A DNA stretch of 63,222 bases, counting the filler, from Deltaproteobacteria bacterium (lineage in GTDB: Bacteria > JACQOV01), in the NCBI GenBank assembly GCA_016202395.1. It is 3 parts of 3 records of this genome, joined end to end, with 100 filler letters (N's around TTAATTAATTAA, not from the genome) between each part and the next. Parts side by side here need not be neighbours in the genome. Positions count along the whole stretch, not along the records: positions 1 to 26,003 come from JACQOV010000078.1; 2 more parts are not named here. The stretch is one strand, 5' to 3'. Positions within the stretch are counted from its first letter, which is position 1. Each line of letters starts with the position of its first letter. A program made the position numbers and the translations under genes. Under the pieces are notes generated by a model. That model had not been told where the DNA came from and ran no database searches. It saw only the letters and a program-made list of their open reading frames with translations. Shown piece after piece: positions 1-8,110 of the stretch.

Positions 1-119
1 GATATGGATTCTCTGCTCATCTTTCATAGTGATTTTCATCCTTTCCTCCTGTTTGAAAACAGGATTATCAGGACAAAATCACTGATCTGTTAACAGGACA
101 TTTTCATTGGTCTACCACA
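1..119 (-). mobile_element. Probable left end of an IS1202/ISNCY-like insertion sequence, with the first 13 codons of its transposase (truncated by window edge)
   Basis: Minus strand begins 5'-TGTGGTAGACCAATGAAAATGTCC at 119. Two sub-terminal direct repeats 25 nt apart (caggacaaaatcactg 69-84; caggacattttcattg 94-109). AGGAGG precedes ATG at 39, giving MKITMKDEQRIHI, which resembles the ISNCY transposase N-terminus. Confidence 0.55.
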
Positions 120-191
120 AACCCTTATCTTCCGTGTTGCGGAGTTGAAACCATTTCAGTATACTGCGATTTTTCTTTACGGAGTGAACGG

Positions 192-1037
192 ATGGTTCAT
201 ATTATTGATGGGAAAAAGATCGCTCAAGAGATCCGAAACGAGATCGCTCAAGCCGTCAAGAAGCTGAAAGATCAAAAAGGAATTGTTCCCGGATTGGCTG
301 CGGTTTTGGTCGGAGATAACCCTGCTTCTCAGGTTTATGTCCGAACGAAAAGAAAGGCGTGTGAAGAGGCAGGGATCTATTCAGAAGAGCATCGGCTCTC
401 TGCCATCGTTACTGAAAAAGAGCTTCTAAAGCGGATCGATGATCTCAATGCCAACCCCAAAATTCACGGGATCTTGGTTCAATTGCCTCTCCCCTCTTCT
501 ATTTCTGAAAAAATAATTCTGGAACGGGTGAATCCTAGAAAAGATGTCGATGGCTTTCATCCCCTTAATTTAGGAAAACTTTTCGCAGGAGAGCCCATTT
601 TCGAACCGTGCACTCCTTTAGGAATCATTCGGCTTCTTGAACATGAAAAGGTAGCGATTCAAGGGAAAGAGGCCGTTATCGTGGGACGAAGCACGATCGT
701 GGGGAAACCGGTGGCTGCCATGCTTCTGCAACGCCATGCCACCGTAACCATTTGCCATTCGCGAACCCAGGATCTTCCTTCTGTGACTCGACGCGCTGAC
801 ATCTTAGTGGTTGCGATTGGGAAGGCATCTCTGGTAAAAGGGAATTGGATTAAATCTGGAGCTACGGTGATTGATGTAGGAATCAATCGTTTGGAAGATA
901 AAACTTTAACGGGCGATGTGGAATTCGAAACAGCCAAAGAGCGCGCCGGAGCTATCACCCCAGTCCCTGGAGGAGTGGGTCCTATGACGGTGGCGATGCT
1001 CCTTCACAACACTCTGAAAGCAGCCCAATACCCATGA
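192..1037 (+). CDS. folD: Bifunctional methylenetetrahydrofolate dehydrogenase/cyclohydrolase
   Basis: Motifs [36 protein letters not shown]. Confidence 0.97.
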   Translation: MVHIIDGKKIAQEIRNEIAQAVKKLKDQKGIVPGLAAVLVGDNPASQVYVRTKRKACEEAGIYSEEHRLSAIVTEKELLKRIDDLNANPKIHGILVQLPLPSSISEKIILERVNPRKDVDGFHPLNLGKLFAGEPIFEPCTPLGIIRLLEHEKVAIQGKEAVIVGRSTIVGKPVAAMLLQRHATVTICHSRTQDLPSVTRRADILVVAIGKASLVKGNWIKSGATVIDVGINRLEDKTLTGDVEFETAKERAGAITPVPGGVGPMTVAMLLHNTLKAAQYP

Positions 1038-1906
1038 AGCGATTACGCGAAGAATTAAGTTCCGGAAAATTTGTCATCACCTGCGAATTCAGCCCTCCCA
1101 AGGGGACTGATTTAGGTCCGACCTTAGAAAAAGTAAAAAAACTTAAAAACAAAATCGTTGCCATCAACATGACCGACAACAATCGGGCGGTGATGAGGAT
1201 GAGCCCTTTAGGGGCTTGTGTCGCTCTGCTCCAGGAAAGGGTCGATCCGATTATGCAGATTACCTGCCGAGATCGAAACCGGATGGCAATCCAATCGGAT
1301 CTGTTGGCCGCCTCCGCTTTAGGGATTAAAAATATCCTCACTCTTTGGGGAGATCCTATTAAAAATGGAGATCATCCCGATGGAAAAGAGGTCTATGATT
1401 TAAACTCGGCCGGAGATCTTCTGAACGTCATTGCGAAGCTCAACTCCGGGAAAGACTTGATGGGAAATGCCTTAGAAGGCAAGACCGACCTCTTCCCAGG
1501 GGCTGCGGCCGATCCAGGCGCTCCCCTAGACAAACATATTCCAGGGATGGAGAAAAAGATTGAGGCAGGAGCTCGATTTTTCCAAACGCAGGCTTTTTAT
1601 CAATTCGACAAATTTGAACGATTCATGGAGAAAGCGGCTCCTTTAAAAGTGCCGATTATCGGAGGGATCATTCTTCTTAAATCGGTAAAAATGGCAAACT
1701 TTATCAACCAAAATCTTCCTGGAGTGAAAGTTCCAGAGGCTTTAATAAAAGAGCTGGAGGGCGCAACCGATCCCTTGCGAAAAGGGATGGAAATCGCGGC
1801 TCGGCAAATCCAATTCTTAAAAGGGCTCTGTCAAGGAGCTCACCTCATGACGATTGGACGTGAAGATTTGGTTGGAGAAATTCTCACCATTGCGGAATCT
1901 CTATGA
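1034..1906 (+). CDS. metF: 5,10-methylenetetrahydrofolate reductase
   Basis: [32 protein letters not shown] motifs; ATGA overlap with folD. Confidence 0.9.
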   Translation: MKRLREELSSGKFVITCEFSPPKGTDLGPTLEKVKKLKNKIVAINMTDNNRAVMRMSPLGACVALLQERVDPIMQITCRDRNRMAIQSDLLAASALGIKNILTLWGDPIKNGDHPDGKEVYDLNSAGDLLNVIAKLNSGKDLMGNALEGKTDLFPGAAADPGAPLDKHIPGMEKKIEAGARFFQTQAFYQFDKFERFMEKAAPLKVPIIGGIILLKSVKMANFINQNLPGVKVPEALIKELEGATDPLRKGMEIAARQIQFLKGLCQGAHLMTIGREDLVGEILTIAESL

Positions 1907-3012
1907 CGGAAGTGGCATTAAAAAGAACGCCTCTCTTTGAAGCTCATCAAAAATTGGGAGCCAAGTTAGTGGGGTTTGCAGGTTGGGAGATGCCGGTTCG
2001 TTATGAAGGAACCCTTGCGGAGCATCAGGCTGTGCGCGAGGCTGCAGGCCTCTTCGATGTAAGCCACATGGGGGAGATCTTTGTCACGGGAGAAAATTCT
2101 CTGGAGGCTCTGCAAAGACTCATCCCTAACGATGCCTCTCGGCTGAAAGAAGGGGAGGTTCTCTACACCCCCCTCTGCCGTGAATCCGGGGGAGTTGTGG
2201 ACGATGTCCTTCTTCACCGGATCGCTCTAGATGAATGGTTTTTTTGTGTGAACGCCTCCAATATTGAAAAAGATTTCGAGTGGATCCAATCCAAAATCGG
2301 GGATCGAGCGGAGGTTTTGAACGAAAGCCCCAACTGGGTACAACTGGCGCTTCAAGGACCTCGCTCTGTGGCAATTCTTCAACCCTTAACCCCATTTCTG
2401 CTCAACAACCTTTATTACTACCAATTTGCGCAATGCCGTGTCACCGACGTTCCTGTTATTCTTGCGCGAACCGGCTACACCGGAGAAGACGGTTTTGAAC
2501 TCTACATCCCTAAGGAGAAAGGGCTTTCCCTTTGGAATGCGCTGCTAGAGGCCGGCCAAAAGGAGGGTCTAAAACCGGTGGGACTTGCCGCAAGGGATAC
2601 TCTTCGGTTAGAAATGGGGTATCCCCTTTACGGACACGAGTTGAGTGATACCATTACCCCTCTAGAGGCTGGTGTGGGCTGGACGATCGCTTGGGACAAA
2701 GGCGCATTTATTGGAAAAGAGGCCTTGGAGAAACAGAAAGCGGAGGGGATTGCTCGGAAGCTCATCGGGCTGGAAACAACGGAGGGGATCCCTCGAGAAG
2801 GTTACTCGATTCTGATGGGGGAACAGAAAGTGGGGGAGATCACGAGTGGCACTCACTCCCCTTCCCTTAAAAAAGGGATTGCATTAGGATGGGCGCGGAG
2901 TGAATTTTTGAAGGGGGAGAAGGAGTTTTCGATTGGAATTCGAAACCGACCGGTGGCAGCCAAAAGGGTAAAACCCCCTTTCTGGCCCACCCACGTCCGA
3001 AAAAAAACTTAA
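1903..3012 (+). CDS. gcvT: Glycine cleavage system aminomethyltransferase T
   Basis: FAGWEMP, GLFDVSHMG, RTGYTGEDGFE, ARDTLRLE motifs. Confidence 0.97.
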   Translation: MTEVALKRTPLFEAHQKLGAKLVGFAGWEMPVRYEGTLAEHQAVREAAGLFDVSHMGEIFVTGENSLEALQRLIPNDASRLKEGEVLYTPLCRESGGVVDDVLLHRIALDEWFFCVNASNIEKDFEWIQSKIGDRAEVLNESPNWVQLALQGPRSVAILQPLTPFLLNNLYYYQFAQCRVTDVPVILARTGYTGEDGFELYIPKEKGLSLWNALLEAGQKEGLKPVGLAARDTLRLEMGYPLYGHELSDTITPLEAGVGWTIAWDKGAFIGKEALEKQKAEGIARKLIGLETTEGIPREGYSILMGEQKVGEITSGTHSPSLKKGIALGWARSEFLKGEKEFSIGIRNRPVAAKRVKPPFWPTHVRKKT

Positions 3013-3054
3013 TTTCCTTCTCCCCTTTGGGGAGAAGGTCAGGATGAGGGGGAT
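3011..3054. repeat. Left inverted repeat of the DUF559 cassette, with internal hairpin
   Basis: aatttCCTTCTCCCC-ttt-GGGGAGAAGGtcaggatgagggggat; near reverse complement of 3397-3439. Confidence 0.85.
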
Positions 3055-3412
3055 GATTAGGAAAAATACTAAGTTGAGTAGACTTCTCCGCATAAACCAA
3101 ACCGATGCCGAGAAAAAGCTTTGGTTCATTCTAAGAAATCGACAATTTGAAGGAATAAAATTTAGAAGGCAATTTCCAGTTGGGGATTTTGTAATCGATT
3201 TTTATTCTCCGGCATATAAATTAGGCATCGAAGCCGACGGAGGACAACATTACAACGAGGAAAACCAAGCATTAGATATAAAAAGAACAGAACTCTTGTC
3301 AAAAAATGGAATTAAACTATTAAGATTTAGTAATCATGAAATTTTTACAAATTTTGAAGGGGTAAAACAAACAATCTACGATACATTGAATGAAAAATCC
3401 CCCTCACCTTAA
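3053..3412 (+). CDS. DUF559 (Vsr-like / PD-(D/E)XK) endonuclease domain protein
   Basis: LRxNQTDAExxLWxxLR, KFRRQ, FVIDF, IEADGGQH, D-x2-R, LRFSN motifs; visibly AT-rich; ATG 3053 follows GAGGGGG (alternative start 3044). Confidence 0.9.
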   Translation: MIRKNTKLSRLLRINQTDAEKKLWFILRNRQFEGIKFRRQFPVGDFVIDFYSPAYKLGIEADGGQHYNEENQALDIKRTELLSKNGIKLLRFSNHEIFTNFEGVKQTIYDTLNEKSPSP

Positions 3413-3439
3413 TCCTCTCCCCAAAGGGGAGAGGAAATT
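3397..3439. repeat. Right inverted repeat of the DUF559 cassette, with internal hairpin
   Basis: atccccctcaccttaaTCCTCTCCCC-aaa-GGGGAGAGGAaatt; contains the DUF559 stop codon (3410-3412). Confidence 0.85.
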
Positions 3440-3454
3440 GCTCTGGAGGCGAAA

Positions 3455-3844
3455 ATGAATGTGCAAGCAGACTTAAAATACACCAAAGACCATGAATGGA
3501 TCCGGCTCGAAGGGAAACAGGGGACGATCGGGATCACCGATCACGCCCAGGAAGAGCTTGGCGACATCGTCTACGTAGAGCTCCCCGCGGTGGGACAACA
3601 GATCCAAAAATCCAAATCGCTCGGCGTTGTGGAATCGGTGAAAGCGGTCTCGGAGATCCTGGCTCCGGTGAATGGGAAGGTGGTCGAGGTGAATTCTGCT
3701 CTCAACGGAAAACCGGAGCAGATCAATCAAGATCCCTATGGAAAGGCGTGGATGGTGAAGATGGAGGTTGCCAACCCTTCGGATCTTGACGATCTGATGA
3801 ATGTAGAGGATTACAAAAAATACGTTCAAGAGGAGAAGGCCTAA
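3455..3844 (+). CDS. gcvH: Glycine cleavage system H protein
   Basis: YTKDHEW, GITDHAQ, VESVKA (lipoyl-Lys), INQDPYG. Confidence 0.97.
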   Translation: MNVQADLKYTKDHEWIRLEGKQGTIGITDHAQEELGDIVYVELPAVGQQIQKSKSLGVVESVKAVSEILAPVNGKVVEVNSALNGKPEQINQDPYGKAWMVKMEVANPSDLDDLMNVEDYKKYVQEEKA

Positions 3845-3845
3845 G

Positions 3846-5201
3846 ATGCGCTATCTCCCGCATACTTCTGAAGAGATCGATCGAATGCTCAAAACGTTAG
3901 GGCTCTCGAAGCTGGAAGATCTTTTTAAGGAGATCCCTCCTCCCCTTCTCGAAAAAGGGGCGCTCCAGATCCCGGAAGCGATCTCGGAACCGGAGCTTCT
4001 TGAAACGATGAAAAAGATGGAGGCTCAAAATGGATCGACCGATCGCTACGCCCTCTTCTTAGGAGCCGGGGCTTACTCGCATTATATTCCCAGCCACATC
4101 TCGCAGCTCTTACTCCGATCCGAATTTATGACGGCCTACACCCCTTACCAACCGGAGGTGAGCCAAGGGACTCTCCAAGCCATCTTTGAATTTCAAACTT
4201 TAATCTGCCAACTCTTTGGGATGGAGATCGCTAACGCCTCGATGTATGACGGCGCCTCTGCCACAGCAGAAGCGGCGCTCATGGCCATGAGAATCCAACA
4301 AATTCCAAGAGTCCTCGTCGCCAAATCGTTGCACCCGCAATATCGCGAAACCCTCCAGACATACACAACCCATCTAGGGACTGAGCTTGTGGAAATCGGA
4401 TGGGACCGATCCGGAGCCCTCGACGAAGAGGAATTGAAGGCAGCCACAAGAGAACCTGCCAGCGCGTTGATCGTCCAATACCCCAACTTCTTCGGCGTGG
4501 TGGAACCGTTAGATCGATGGGCAAAAATAGCCCATGAATCGAATATGCTCTTTATCGTTGCGGTGACAGAGCCGACTTCGTTGGGCCTTTTGAAACCGCC
4601 GGGGGCCTTTGATGCCGACATTGTCACGGGAGAGGGCCAAGCCTTTGGAATCCCGTTGAGCTTCGGGGGGCCTTACTTAGGATTGTTCGCCAGTAAAAAA
4701 TCTTTTGTCCGACAGATACCGGGGCGTCTGGTCGGTGAAACGATCGATCGAGAGGGAAATCGCGCCTTTGTAGTCACGCTGGCCACTCGCGAGCAACACA
4801 TTCGCCGCGCGAAGGCCACCTCGAACATCTGCACGAATCAAGGGCTGTTCGCTCTGGCCGCGACAATCTATCTTGCAACGCTGGGGAAAAATGGGCTGCG
4901 GGATCTAGCGTTCTTAAATCTTCAGAGGGCCTCGGCCTTCCGAAAAGAGTTGGAAGAACTGCCAGGAATTGAGTTTCCATTTTCAGGCTCCACCTTTAAT
5001 GAATTCGTCATCCGAATCGATTCCGATGTTGACCGCTTGCTCCAACGACTTCTTGAAAAGCGGATTGTAGGAGGTCTCGACCTCGGCCGATTCTATCCGC
5101 AGTTTCAAAACCACCTTTTAGTGACCGTGACCGAAACAACCCCTAAAGAGGCATGGAAAAATTGGAAAGAAACGTATCTACAAGGAGCTCGTCATGCCTG
5201 A
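3846..5201 (+). CDS. gcvPA: Glycine dehydrogenase subunit 1
   Basis: MRYLPHT, AYTPYQPE, NASMYDG, REQHIRRAKATSNICTN. Confidence 0.96.
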   Translation: MRYLPHTSEEIDRMLKTLGLSKLEDLFKEIPPPLLEKGALQIPEAISEPELLETMKKMEAQNGSTDRYALFLGAGAYSHYIPSHISQLLLRSEFMTAYTPYQPEVSQGTLQAIFEFQTLICQLFGMEIANASMYDGASATAEAALMAMRIQQIPRVLVAKSLHPQYRETLQTYTTHLGTELVEIGWDRSGALDEEELKAATREPASALIVQYPNFFGVVEPLDRWAKIAHESNMLFIVAVTEPTSLGLLKPPGAFDADIVTGEGQAFGIPLSFGGPYLGLFASKKSFVRQIPGRLVGETIDREGNRAFVVTLATREQHIRRAKATSNICTNQGLFALAATIYLATLGKNGLRDLAFLNLQRASAFRKELEELPGIEFPFSGSTFNEFVIRIDSDVDRLLQRLLEKRIVGGLDLGRFYPQFQNHLLVTVTETTPKEAWKNWKETYLQGARHA

Positions 5202-6759
5202 GCTGACCCCTTCACTGACATCCTTTAAGGAAAGAGTCCACCCTATGTCAAAACCGGAAGAAAAAACCAAAGAGAAAAAAGTGGGTCCTGGACGTTCAGG
5301 GCTTCAATTAGAGGAACCGCTCCTTTTTGAACAGAGCCAGAAAGGACGTCGGGCCGATTCCCTGCCGAAGCTGGATGTGGAGGCTCAACCGATCGAGCGA
5401 TGGATCCCTTCCGCCTACCTTCGCCAAGAGATCGAAGGGTTTCCAGAGCTAAGCGAACCTCAGGTGATCCGGCATTTCACTCGCATGTCACAATGGAACT
5501 ATGGGATTGATCTTGGAGCTTATCCCCTCGGATCGTGCACGATGAAATACAACCCCCGATTGAACGAAGAGATCGCCCGCCTCGCTGGATTTGCCCACCT
5601 CCATCCCCTCGTTCCAGAAACACTCGCTCAAGGCGCGCTTCAACTGATGTGGGAGTTAGAAGGTTTTCTCTCTGAGATTACCGGAATGGAGGCCGTCTCT
5701 CTCCAACCCTCCGCAGGGGCTCAAGGGGAGTTGACGGGATTAAAGATTATTCGACGCTATCATGAGCAAAAGGGGAATCCCAGAAAAAAGGTGATCGTTC
5801 CCGATTCTGCGCATGGGACCAACCCCGCAAGTTGCGCGTTAGCCGGCTACGAAGTCATGGAAGAATTTATCGGCAAGAAGGGGATCCTCGAAGCGAAAAC
5901 GGTGGCCGAACGGATGAACGAAGAAGTGGCTGCCGTCATGCTCACCAACCCTAACACGCTGGGGCTTTTTGAGAAAGAGATTCTCGAAATCTCGGAGATC
6001 GTGCACCGCAAAGGAGGGCTGGTTTACTGCGACGGAGCCAATCTGAACGCCATGCTCGGGGTCTGCAAACCTGGGAAAATGGGAGTCGATGTGATTCAAC
6101 TCAATCTGCACAAAACCTTCTCTACCCCGCATGGGGGAGGAGGCCCCGGTTCTGGCCCCGTGGCTGTGAAAAAAGGGCTCGAGCCGTTTTTACCCATTCC
6201 ACGCATTGTAAAAAAGGGGACCGGTTTCGCGCTGAATTTCGATCGGCCACAATCCATCGGCCGCGTTCGCTCCTTCTTCGGAAACTTTGGGATGATGGTT
6301 CGGGCCTATGCCTACATTCGGACTCTTGGATGCGAAGGCCTAGCCCAAGTGGGGCCTCTCGCTGTGCTCAATGCGAATTACATTCGAGAACGGCTCCGCC
6401 CCTATTACCATCTCCCTTATGATCATGAACCTTGCATGCACGAGTGTGTTTTCACCGATAAAAACCAGGAAACCTATGGAATAACGACGCTCGATATCGC
6501 CAAGCGGCTTCTCGATTATGGGTTTCATCCTCCAACGATCTATTTTCCTCTGGTGGTGAGTGGAGCTTTAATGATTGAGCCAACCGAAACGGAATCCCCT
6601 GAAAGTGTAGAGGAATTTGTCCAAGCTATGATCGCTATCGCCAAGGAAGCTGAAACCAACCCACAGCTTTTGAAAGACGCCCCCCACCGTACCAAGGTTC
6701 GCCGCCTCGATGAGGTCAAAGCCGCCCGCGAGCTCAAACTCCGCTGGCAGTCGACTTAA
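5194..6759 (+). CDS. gcvPB: Glycine dehydrogenase subunit 2
   Basis: PLGSCTMKYN, SAHGTNPAS, LNLHKTFSTPHGGGGPG, MIEPTETE. Confidence 0.96.
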   Translation: MPELTPSLTSFKERVHPMSKPEEKTKEKKVGPGRSGLQLEEPLLFEQSQKGRRADSLPKLDVEAQPIERWIPSAYLRQEIEGFPELSEPQVIRHFTRMSQWNYGIDLGAYPLGSCTMKYNPRLNEEIARLAGFAHLHPLVPETLAQGALQLMWELEGFLSEITGMEAVSLQPSAGAQGELTGLKIIRRYHEQKGNPRKKVIVPDSAHGTNPASCALAGYEVMEEFIGKKGILEAKTVAERMNEEVAAVMLTNPNTLGLFEKEILEISEIVHRKGGLVYCDGANLNAMLGVCKPGKMGVDVIQLNLHKTFSTPHGGGGPGSGPVAVKKGLEPFLPIPRIVKKGTGFALNFDRPQSIGRVRSFFGNFGMMVRAYAYIRTLGCEGLAQVGPLAVLNANYIRERLRPYYHLPYDHEPCMHECVFTDKNQETYGITTLDIAKRLLDYGFHPPTIYFPLVVSGALMIEPTETESPESVEEFVQAMIAIAKEAETNPQLLKDAPHRTKVRRLDEVKAARELKLRWQST

Positions 6760-7343
6760 CGAATTGAAACAACAAACGAGATCGTATGAGGCGTATTCGC
6801 ATAACGAGTGGGTGGAACAGGGAACGGGGCTGCTTTCTCCGTGGCTTGGAGCGCCGCTTGATCGAGCGATTCATGGCCTGAGCTTTGAAGTAATTTTAAT
6901 TCTAATAAGCGACCCTCCTCTCCAAGGGTCAATTCTAAACGAACCGTCCCTTCCTCCCCCCTTCTCCACGAAAGACGTGGATACACAAAAGCCGCATTAA
7001 TTCGGTCGTAAACTTCTGTCAGATACGGATCTCCTAAAGGATCTCCAGGTTTCCCTGAAATTCCATGGCTGAGGGATGAAGCCGTAGAAGCGCCTAAATG
7101 TTGCGCCTCTGGAGAGACGGAAAGAAAACGCTGCAAAGGTTGCTGACTCAAGGTAACATCATGAAACTCTGAGGTCCCCTCCTCTTCTCCTAAAAGGAGA
7201 TAAGAAAGCCCTTCCCCTCCGTTCCCATGGCTCCCTTGAGGTAAAGTATTGGAATCTTTCCATCCTAATAATCCTATCAAACTGAGGTGGAGCAGCAAAG
7301 AAAAAGCCACAAAACCCCATAACCGATTTTTGTAGATATCCAT
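6756..7343 (-). CDS. TonB family energy transducer
   Basis: N-terminal TM with SLLLH; C-terminal YPxxxxRxGEEGTV and SSGxxxLDxAA...APFP. Confidence 0.85.
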   Translation of the reverse strand: MDIYKNRLWGFVAFSLLLHLSLIGLLGWKDSNTLPQGSHGNGGEGLSYLLLGEEEGTSEFHDVTLSQQPLQRFLSVSPEAQHLGASTASSLSHGISGKPGDPLGDPYLTEVYDRINAAFVYPRLSWRRGEEGTVRLELTLGEEGRLLELKLLQSSGHESLDQAALQATEKAAPFPVPPTRYANTPHTISFVVSIR

Positions 7344-7366
7344 GTTAGACTGGGATTATAAACAGG

Positions 7367-7403
7367 TTGACATCCCCTCCACAAGTTGAATAGACTCCGA
7401 CCT
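7367..7403 (+). promoter_or_regulatory. Putative sigma70 promoter giving a leaderless transcript
   Basis: TTGACA-18-TAGACT, then 7 nt to ATG 7404; no SD. Confidence 0.45.
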
Positions 7404-7826
7404 ATGAAAGACCCCGTTTGTGGAATGGAAAGTCCGGAAAGAGGCCTATCCTTGAGGTACGATTATCGTGGGGGGCACTATGAGTTTTGTTCCGAAGGGT
7501 GCCAGCGTGCTTTTGTTAGAGAACCAGAGCAATTTTTGATCGCAAACACCTTCAATTACCATGAAATTGACCCAATCGATGCTTTCCTGCGGAAAATTGT
7601 CCACCAAATTGATCCGGAGACCTATCCCTTCATGACGTATCGTCCCCGAGAAAAAGAGGTACGGCTTATCGTGGATAAAGGGGGGCAATGCCGCTCCATT
7701 CGTCTAAAAAAAGAGGAGGTCGACAAGGCAAAATGGGATGCTAATAGCCGAGAAGAATTAGAGAAAAAGGTTCGACGACTCGTCAAAAAAGTGACTCATC
7801 CCTGGTCCATGACTAGAAAACAGTAG
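7404..7826 (+). CDS. YHS domain protein
   Basis: MKDPVCGM...YxGxxYEFCSxGCxxxFxxEPxxF plus an ~90-aa C-terminal extension. Confidence 0.75.
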   Translation: MKDPVCGMESPERGLSLRYDYRGGHYEFCSEGCQRAFVREPEQFLIANTFNYHEIDPIDAFLRKIVHQIDPETYPFMTYRPREKEVRLIVDKGGQCRSIRLKKEEVDKAKWDANSREELEKKVRRLVKKVTHPWSMTRKQ

Positions 7827-8032
7827 AACGCAAATGTGAAGGAGCCTTCACTTGAACCTGTTAAAGAAAATTAACAGTCAAAAAACCTTTTTCTAACATG
7901 GAATTATGATCTAAAAAGCTTGAAAGGGGTGTAAAAAAACTTGGCAGATCGTTTTGCAAAAACAAAAAACCTCTTTAAAAAAAGCATTTATATTTCCAAT
8001 GGTTAGATGGTTACTGTCATGGATTCAAAAAC

Positions 8033-8048
8033 TGGCACGGTTCTTGCA
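8033..8048 (+). promoter_or_regulatory. Sigma54 (-24/-12) promoter
   Basis: TGGCAC-GGTTC-TTGCA (GG-N10-GC), ~60 nt upstream of ATG 8111, with an AT-rich upstream region. Confidence 0.8.
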
Positions 8049-8110
8049 ACATTGGGTCTGGAATTTTCTAAAAAGTAGGGTTCACTCTAAATACGAGGGA
8101 GGATAAGGTA

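Noticed and set aside
7941-7958. Second sigma54-like motif TGGCAG...TTGCA
   Set aside because: GG-N11-GC spacing, one base too long.
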